From IMG/VR virus record IMGVR_UViG_3300010340_001122: a DNA stretch of 64,000 nt; one strand, 5' to 3'. Position numbers and translations under genes: made by a program. The notes beneath the pieces are model-generated. The model was not told the DNA's origin, ran no database searches, and saw nothing but the letters and a program-made list of their open reading frames with translations. The DNA is from a virus (Duplodnaviria > Caudoviricetes). The stretch's first letter is position 1. Every line of letters begins with the position of its first letter. This document shows positions 58,073 through 64,000 of the stretch, in pieces.

Positions 58073-58121
58073 CAAAAAGATGGAAAACTTTTAAAACCCA
58101 TCCCACCAGGATGTAAAAATC

Positions 58122-58194
58122 GCGAAAGTAGCTCAGCTGGTAGAGCTTCTCCTTGCCAAGGAGAAGGCCGCGGGTTCAAGTCCCGTCTTTCGCT
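58122..58194 (+). tRNA. tRNA-Gly(GCC)
   Basis: TCTCC-TTGCCAA-GGAGA; canonical D and T arms; U73. Confidence 0.95.
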
Positions 58195-58200
58195 CTAAAT

Positions 58201-58238
58201 GCAGGATGATCCACCGTTGTATCACGGTGCCTGCTCCA
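58201..58238 (+). ncRNA. Gly-like minihelix ending in TCCA
   Basis: GCAGG/CCTGC-T-CCA with CACCGT/ACGGTG hairpin. Confidence 0.55.
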
Positions 58239-58311
58239 GGGGGATTAGTTTTAATGGCTAAAACACTTGTCTGGCTGACAAGATTTATCGGTTCGAATCC
58301 GGTATCCTCCA
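58239..58311 (+). tRNA. tRNA-Ala(GGC)
   Basis: CTTGT-CTGGCTG-ACAAG; G3:U70 pair; A73. Confidence 0.88.
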
Positions 58312-58317
58312 CAACAT

Positions 58318-58392
58318 GGGGGTGCATGTACTGAGGCTAAGCGAAAAGCACTTGCAATGCTTTTGATGTGATTTCGACTATCACCATCTCCA
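58318..58392 (+). tRNA. tRNA-Ala(TGC)
   Basis: AAGCA-CTTGCAA-TGCTT; G3:U70; T arm GTGAT-TTCGACT-ATCAC. Confidence 0.85.
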
Positions 58393-58447
58393 CGAGTTCG
58401 ATAGAGAAACTCTCCACTTTAATATATATTTAAAAAGTAATATTAAA

Positions 58448-59254
58448 ATGAAGTGTAAAAATATTGAGTGTCAAAATGAAACTACTGGTAAGAGGATTTA
58501 TTGCTCTCTTTCTTGTAGAAATATATTTGTTAATAAGTATCTAAGAAGTTATGATAAAGTTTCTGATACTTTTCAACAAAAGAAAAAAGAAAGAGAAGAA
58601 AAATATTTAGAAAATCCAAAAAAATGTCTTCACTGCGAAGGTATAATACCATATGATTCTAGAGAGAATAATTATTGTAACCATTCTTGTCATTCGAAAT
58701 CAACAAATGGTGATAGAGAATATACATGGGGTGATAAGATAAGTGAGGGTGTGAAAAAATATATTGAAGTAAATGGATACTTTGGAGCATTAAAATCAAA
58801 TTCAGGTAGACCTAAAGGTTTTGTGGAAAAAATATGTCCAAACTGTGAAAAAACTTTCAATAAAAAAACTAAATATTGTAATGATCCTTGTCGTAGAGAA
58901 TTTGAAAGAAAAAACATGGACGAATACCAAAAGTACAAATTAGATGCTAATTTCAAATTCAATCTTAAAGATTATTCAGATGAATTTGACTTTTCTTTGG
59001 TTAAAGAACATGGATGGTATTCACCGACAAATAAAAATAATAATTTAGATGGTGTGAGTAGAGATCATATGTTTTCAGTCAGAGAAGGATTTGAAAAAGG
59101 AATTGATCCAAAAATAATTTCACATCCGGCTAATTGTAGATTAATGATTCATAATGAGAATATAAGTAAAAATAAAAAATCTGTTATAACGATTGAAGAG
59201 TTGTTAGATAGAATAGAAAAATTTGAACAAAAATATAAAAATATAAAGATATAG
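58448..59254 (+). CDS. HNH homing endonuclease with Cys-rich repeats
   Basis: Three C..C....YC...C units; SRDHMFSV...HPANC.LM.H.EN..K. Confidence 0.85.
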   Translation: MKCKNIECQNETTGKRIYCSLSCRNIFVNKYLRSYDKVSDTFQQKKKEREEKYLENPKKCLHCEGIIPYDSRENNYCNHSCHSKSTNGDREYTWGDKISEGVKKYIEVNGYFGALKSNSGRPKGFVEKICPNCEKTFNKKTKYCNDPCRREFERKNMDEYQKYKLDANFKFNLKDYSDEFDFSLVKEHGWYSPTNKNNNLDGVSRDHMFSVREGFEKGIDPKIISHPANCRLMIHNENISKNKKSVITIEELLDRIEKFEQKYKNIKI

Positions 59255-59750
59255 GAGGAACCCAGGCTGTGGACGCATTAAACTAAAACTCGAAAAAATT
59301 GAGAGCCGTAAAAAAGAAATCGGTTCCAAACACCATAGAAAACTTAAAAAGTATTCTAATAATTTCAATAAGATATTCTATTTCTTTTTAGAATCATATC
59401 GAAAAGATATACTTACTTTCTGTGGTTCTAATGTAGAAGTTTTATATGATCCAAATGGTCCAGATGCTAAAGAAGGCTTTAGACTCTATGATGATGGACA
59501 TTTCAAATTAAAGCCTATTATATCCAGACAACCAAATGTTTTAAAATCAATTATAATATCTAAAAAATCTTGGGGATTATGGGTTCAAGAATGGACAGAT
59601 GGAATTGTAGATTGGACTTTCACTAAAGAAGAAATACTCAGTCAGTTTGATGGTATTGAGATACCTGAATCTTTCTTAAATGATTTTGAAAATGTTTTAA
59701 ATAGGAAAAAATCTATTAGAAACGAAAACTACTTTAAAAGCTTACAATAG
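59247..59750 (+). CDS. Open frame of about 160 aa without ATG/GTG/TTG start (GRIKLKLEKIE...KSLQ)
   Basis: Stop-free from 59247 to TAG 59750 with normal codon usage; missed by ORF track. Confidence 0.6.
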   Translation, partial: RYRRNPGCGRIKLKLEKIESRKKEIGSKHHRKLKKYSNNFNKIFYFFLESYRKDILTFCGSNVEVLYDPNGPDAKEGFRLYDDGHFKLKPIISRQPNVLKSIIISKKSWGLWVQEWTDGIVDWTFTKEEILSQFDGIEIPESFLNDFENVLNRKKSIRNENYFKSLQ

Positions 59751-59751
59751 A

Positions 59752-60180
59752 TTATATTTTACCTTGTATTATTATTCTTTTTTCACCACCTAAATTATTA
59801 TATGAAAATAATAAATCAAGTCCTATCTCATCTTGTATTCTTTTTATAGCAATTACAAAATCAATAAATTCTTCTGATGATAGGTTCGTGTCGTTAGTGG
59901 TTTTTTTAGTTTTCCATGAAATCTCACCATTAGAATCTATAGAACCGGTAAATTCAAATTTCTTATAATCATAAGGATCATAATAAATGTGTTCTTCTTT
60001 TTTCATAATATATTTGAAGTGAGGTAATGGATAATAAGAAAAACCTGTATGTTCATCAGAAGCTTTTGACCAATACCAATTATTATCTTTAAATTCTAAA
60101 AAACAGTCTTTTATGGAATCAAAAACTTGATTATAAATTTGTTCTTCCATTGACTCATTAAATTTTTTAAGATATTTCAT
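59752..60180 (-). CDS. Hypothetical protein, MKYLKKFNES family
   Basis: N-terminal motif; IKDCFLEF.D. Confidence 0.7.
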   Translation of the reverse strand: MKYLKKFNESMEEQIYNQVFDSIKDCFLEFKDNNWYWSKASDEHTGFSYYPLPHFKYIMKKEEHIYYDPYDYKKFEFTGSIDSNGEISWKTKKTTNDTNLSSEEFIDFVIAIKRIQDEIGLDLLFSYNNLGGEKRIIIQGKI

Positions 60181-60213
60181 ATAGTATTTACAATTGTATT
60201 ATACTAAAGTATC

Positions 60214-61062
60214 TTAAAGATTTACAATAGATTTGTCTTTAAGATTATAGATTTTTACTGGATTTGCTTCAGCTACCCAATCGACTTTATAATGGTTTAG
60301 TTTAGACCAGTCGTTAATTCTGTTTTTAACTTGAACTGTTTTATATTCATTTGAGGTAGGTGAAAATATGATTATATCGGTGCCAAATATCATATCTAAA
60401 AAGTCGCCATTACCACCAGAGTAAGCAATTGATAATCCTTTAGATTGTAGAAAAGCACTTACTCGATCTTCTGCCTCTTCACCAATTTTAGACATTCTTA
60501 TTGAATAATTTGTGAATTTTTTAAAATCATCTAATCCTTTCCCTTTTTCGATAAAGTAATGTATAATTAATCTTTTCAGATGTGTTTTTATAGATAGTAA
60601 TCCTCTTGTAGGATTTTCCATAATTGAATCATAAACAATTTTACCTTTTTCGTAGTTATCACATCCTCTTTTTATTAATTCAACTAAAAGCTCGGATAGA
60701 TCAGAATAATTGGTATTTAACTTATTAACATGATGCCATTCGCCGTTCTCATCTAAAACTAATTTTTTATTATTTATACCATTTGGTAATTTATTTAAAA
60801 TCTGTGAGTTGATATATTCAATTGGCATTGAAGTTTTTTTTAATAACTCTATGCCATGATTAAATTTATCAATTTGTTTTTGGTTAAGTTTAGTTTCATA
60901 ATTATATTCTTTAAATATATCATCAATAATTGTCATCATTCCAAGACCATTTGATTTAAATATCCATGATTGTAATGGTTCTATTTTTCTAAAAAGAGCT
61001 TTAAAATTTAGAGGATCATTTGAATCAAATATTGATAATTGTGACTCTGTGAATTTTTTCAT
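60214..61062 (-). CDS. Protein with C-terminal PD-(D/E)XK-like nuclease motif
   Basis: GE.AE, D...GTD, TVQVK; start re-called at ATG 61062 after TAATATATA. Confidence 0.6.
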   Translation of the reverse strand: MKKFTESQLSIFDSNDPLNFKALFRKIEPLQSWIFKSNGLGMMTIIDDIFKEYNYETKLNQKQIDKFNHGIELLKKTSMPIEYINSQILNKLPNGINNKKLVLDENGEWHHVNKLNTNYSDLSELLVELIKRGCDNYEKGKIVYDSIMENPTRGLLSIKTHLKRLIIHYFIEKGKGLDDFKKFTNYSIRMSKIGEEAEDRVSAFLQSKGLSIAYSGGNGDFLDMIFGTDIIIFSPTSNEYKTVQVKNRINDWSKLNHYKVDWVAEANPVKIYNLKDKSIVNL

Positions 61063-61094
61063 AGTGTATATATTATTTAATAGATTTGTAATAT

Positions 61095-61985
61095 TTACCA
61101 CCAAGATTCTACAGTTTCATTGTTTGTATTCATTTTAAAATAAATATAAAATTCTCTAGAATTTTCTTTATTTGGTGAATATTTTATTTCAGTTGAAAAT
61201 CCTTCAGAATTAAGATAAGATTTTATTTGTTTTATGGCTGGTTCAACTTCTTCTAAAACAGGTTTATATCTAGAAAAAGCATTAGGACCTTTTATTTTAC
61301 CAGAAATCCAAATATAAGGATCATCTTGTATCCAAGAAATTTGATATGTGTATCTCCATTCTTCTTCAATACTACTTTTTATTATATCGTTAATATATTC
61401 CTCAATCTCTTTCCTAATTGAACTTTCAGGTCGGCACCAGTCGTATTTATATGGAATGTTACTCTCATTGATTTCATCATCCTTCTCATAGAATTCTATA
61501 ATAATGAAGTCACCTTTAAATCCAAAATTTAAAAATTCTGGATATTCCGTAGATAGAACTATACCATCATCCTCAGTTGATTTTGTTTTTCCTTGAAAGC
61601 CGATTTCTCTTTTTATCCATTTTTTAAATTCTTCTAAGTTTTCTAAATCTATTGTGTTTTGACGCACATACTGATCGCTATCACATATAATTACTTTATA
61701 ATCATAATCCTCCATATATTTTACAATTTCTTCAAGATATTGAATTAGTGTCTCATTTATTCTACCACCTCTATCATTAATATCTTCTCCGTCCTCGTCA
61801 AATTCATCTAATGGTTCAAGAATAACTTTACAAGAATATTTATCTTCATTATATTTTTCAGTGTTTGTGTGAATAGTTATACTCCATTCACCTTCATCTT
61901 GTAAATCTAAAGATAAGTCTTTGAGATGTTCAGAATCTTCATCTACATTATATTCAAATGATTCAAATCTTTTTAAGTATTTCAT
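61095..61985 (-). CDS. Hypothetical protein, MKYLKRFESF family (two modules)
   Basis: N-terminal motif, internal INES, LKDL.LDLQD. Confidence 0.7.
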   Translation of the reverse strand: MKYLKRFESFEYNVDEDSEHLKDLSLDLQDEGEWSITIHTNTEKYNEDKYSCKVILEPLDEFDEDGEDINDRGGRINETLIQYLEEIVKYMEDYDYKVIICDSDQYVRQNTIDLENLEEFKKWIKREIGFQGKTKSTEDDGIVLSTEYPEFLNFGFKGDFIIIEFYEKDDEINESNIPYKYDWCRPESSIRKEIEEYINDIIKSSIEEEWRYTYQISWIQDDPYIWISGKIKGPNAFSRYKPVLEEVEPAIKQIKSYLNSEGFSTEIKYSPNKENSREFYIYFKMNTNNETVESWW

Positions 61986-62698
61986 AAAGGATCTTGAATC
62001 TGTTCACCATTTTTATCTAATAGTTTAAACTCTTTAGGTCTAAAATAATTATTAGTGTATATTATTTCTCCTTTATCATTTTTCAATCTAATATCACCAC
62101 CAGATCCAGAATATTTATCAATCAGACCTTTATATTCCTGATCATCTATTCTAAATTCAGCAAATACTTCACCATTTTTAATTCTATCTTTAAATAGTTT
62201 TTTTCTGTATATTACTTCTGGATCTTTTAGATATTTTAACTTTTGTTCTTGATCCTTTATCTTTTTATCTTGTATAGTTGTTAATTCAGATAATAGTATT
62301 GTATATTTTCCAGTTTTTTCATCAAATTTACCAATTGAATAGTGTGTATTGTTTTTAACTGGTTCAATTGTTTGACAGTGTAATTTAGGTCCTCTATTTG
62401 TTACAAAGTTCCAATGATCAGATACTCTATATGACTTGTCTGGCTTAGACTCCCAAGATATATCATCTGATGAGTAAAATGATTTAGAGTAAGGTGACTT
62501 GTATATAGTTTCCCATTCTTTCATCATTTCTATTATTGAATCTGGAATTCCAAATTGTGATAGTTCTTCAGGCTGATATATTTTACCTGTTGGATTAGGA
62601 TTATTTTTATGCCAAAGTTCATTTCTAAGTTGTCTTTTACTTTTAACAGCTTCTTCTTCACCACTTTCAAAATCTTCAAATAGTTTTAAATATCTCAT
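61982..62698 (-). CDS. Hypothetical protein with SPYS.SFY / RVSDHWNF motifs
   Basis: MRYLKLFEDF start. Confidence 0.7.
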   Translation of the reverse strand: MRYLKLFEDFESGEEEAVKSKRQLRNELWHKNNPNPTGKIYQPEELSQFGIPDSIIEMMKEWETIYKSPYSKSFYSSDDISWESKPDKSYRVSDHWNFVTNRGPKLHCQTIEPVKNNTHYSIGKFDEKTGKYTILLSELTTIQDKKIKDQEQKLKYLKDPEVIYRKKLFKDRIKNGEVFAEFRIDDQEYKGLIDKYSGSGGDIRLKNDKGEIIYTNNYFRPKEFKLLDKNGEQIQDPL

Positions 62699-63162
62699 AA
62701 TTTATATTTTATATTTATTTGTATTAAATTTCCTAAATCTGATTTACGTTTTAGAAGTTTTAGAAAATATTCAAAACTATAATTTATAGCATCATTTGGT
62801 TTTGATATATGTAACCATATATCAGATATTTCACCATCAACTGACTCTATATAACTTTTAGATGTTAGTATTTGTTCTATTATCTCATTTATTTTAAAAG
62901 TAGATTGTTTAAACTTTGACCAATCATCTGATCCGTCTGTTTTTTTGAATTCTGGAGATTTTTTAATTAGGTTTACACCTATAGTATATCTATAAGAATT
63001 ATGTAATTTTATATGAAAATCCTCAGATAGATCTGAAAAAATATCTTTTAAATATTCAGATATTTCTTTAAGTTCTTCCTCATTATATTTACTATTTTCA
63101 CGAGGAATCATTTTATTTTTCTCATAATCATCATACATTTCAAATATTTTTAAATATTTCAT
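62695..63162 (-). CDS. Hypothetical protein, MKYLKIFE family
   Basis: N-terminal motif; LKDIFSDL; TAATATATA upstream. Confidence 0.7.
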   Translation of the reverse strand: MKYLKIFEMYDDYEKNKMIPRENSKYNEEELKEISEYLKDIFSDLSEDFHIKLHNSYRYTIGVNLIKKSPEFKKTDGSDDWSKFKQSTFKINEIIEQILTSKSYIESVDGEISDIWLHISKPNDAINYSFEYFLKLLKRKSDLGNLIQINIKYKL

Positions 63163-63199
63163 GTTTTATATATTAAAAAAATTAATTATATTTGTAGTT

Positions 63200-63544
63200 A
63201 TGATATATGAATTTTTTACAGATAAAACAAGTGGTGTACTTACTAATTATCTAAGTGATTTCTCAAATATACCTTTAAAGATGATTGAATATAAAATATT
63301 AGATCATCTTGAGTCACCAATACCTGAGCATGATGTTAAGAGATTTACTTTTGGTTATGATGATGAATCGTTTCATTTGTACATAACAAAAAATGATTCA
63401 ATTGTTTTGAAACCTACCCTTAGAAGTAGAATTATTTCGAAAATATTTATAAATTTTAAACAATATGATAGTGAAATAAATAAAACTGTCCGTGACTATT
63501 TATTGTCTTTATTAAGAGACTACAAGTTAAATCAAATAATTTAA
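63200..63544 (+). CDS. Hypothetical protein with C-terminal RDYKLNQII motif
   Basis: ATG 63200 after TATATTTG (63187). Confidence 0.65.
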   Translation: MIYEFFTDKTSGVLTNYLSDFSNIPLKMIEYKILDHLESPIPEHDVKRFTFGYDDESFHLYITKNDSIVLKPTLRSRIISKIFINFKQYDSEINKTVRDYLLSLLRDYKLNQII

Positions 63545-63549
63545 AAATC

Positions 63550-63804
63550 ATGAATGAAGATATTCAATACCGTATAAAAGAAGTCCGAGGATTTTTTAGA
63601 ATTCAAATTTATGCTTATGAAGAAGTAGGTATTTTATGCAAAAGAAAAGAATGGAAATGGGAATATACAAATGCTTGGGGTGGTGTTTGGGAAATATTTC
63701 CGGTTCCACAACCATTTAGTAAAACTTTTTCTTCATTAGAAGCAGCACAGGATCAAGTAAAAAAATGGAGAGGTAAATCTATTTCTATTTATCATCCTGT
63801 TTAA
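63550..63804 (+). CDS. Small hypothetical protein
   Basis: 84-aa ORF. Confidence 0.6.
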   Translation: MNEDIQYRIKEVRGFFRIQIYAYEEVGILCKRKEWKWEYTNAWGGVWEIFPVPQPFSKTFSSLEAAQDQVKKWRGKSISIYHPV

Positions 63805-63811
63805 TAATAAA

Positions 63812-63843
63812 TTTGGAAGATTAAACTTTAATACATATATTTG
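63812..63843 (+). promoter_or_regulatory. Bacteroidota-type -33/-7 promoter
   Basis: TTTG-N20-TATATTTG. Confidence 0.65.
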
Positions 63844-64000
63844 TAAAATAATAATAACATATCATTTTTCTTTGATCAAAAGGTGGAGAAAAAATTTTCA
63901 AAGAAATTTGAAAAAAAAGAAAAAAGATATGAAAAAAGGAAAAGATTTATTAGGGGAACGAATTAATTTTATATATAAAATCTATGATACTCTATGACAT

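Noticed and set aside
4052-58962. Numerous 60-130-aa antisense or overlapping ORFs in the track (e.g. 4052, 7267, 13955, 35199, 42607, 53889, 58690)
   Set aside because: Lie inside longer motif-bearing genes and have shadow-like composition
1-64000. Stop-codon reassignment, as in some large Bacteroidota phages
   Set aside because: Conserved genes are full length in code 11, TAG and TGA terminate real genes (e.g. tyrS, nrdA C-part, greA), and no suppressor tRNA was seen
1-64000. CRISPR array
   Set aside because: No regularly spaced direct repeats with unique spacers seen

Overview
AT-rich, gene-dense segment of a large (jumbo-type, T4-like gene content) dsDNA phage read with standard code 11. 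The host is very probably Bacteroidota, judged from TTTG-N18-20-TATATTTG promoters. The left half carries replication and nucleotide genes: thyA 3' end, a PolB that stops after motif A, DinG and DnaB/gp41 helicases, nrdA fractured by a split intein plus a GIY-YIG endonuclease, and nrdB. It also has a Ro60/TROVE gene preceded by two Y-RNA-like structures, methyltransferases and virion proteins. The right half has many small accessory genes, greA, homing endonucleases, tRNA-Met and two tRNA arrays. Main discovery: each tRNA array sits behind a promoter, a short unannotated leader ORF and an intrinsic terminator with mutually exclusive antiterminator and anti-antiterminator pairings. The codons enriched in each leader match the anticodons downstream. 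A Tyr/Glu leader precedes the Tyr/Glu tRNAs plus tyrS, and an Ile(ATA)/Gly/Ala leader precedes the Ile(UAU)/Gly/Ala tRNAs. This looks like a phage-encoded, ribosome-stalling sensor that supplies tRNAs on demand. Other notable items are non-canonical tRNA-like RNAs, a 158-bp inversion that breaks two secreted-protein genes, and an endonuclease that carries a recoded copy of its target gene's 5' end. All protein calls come from motif recognition by eye, not database searches.
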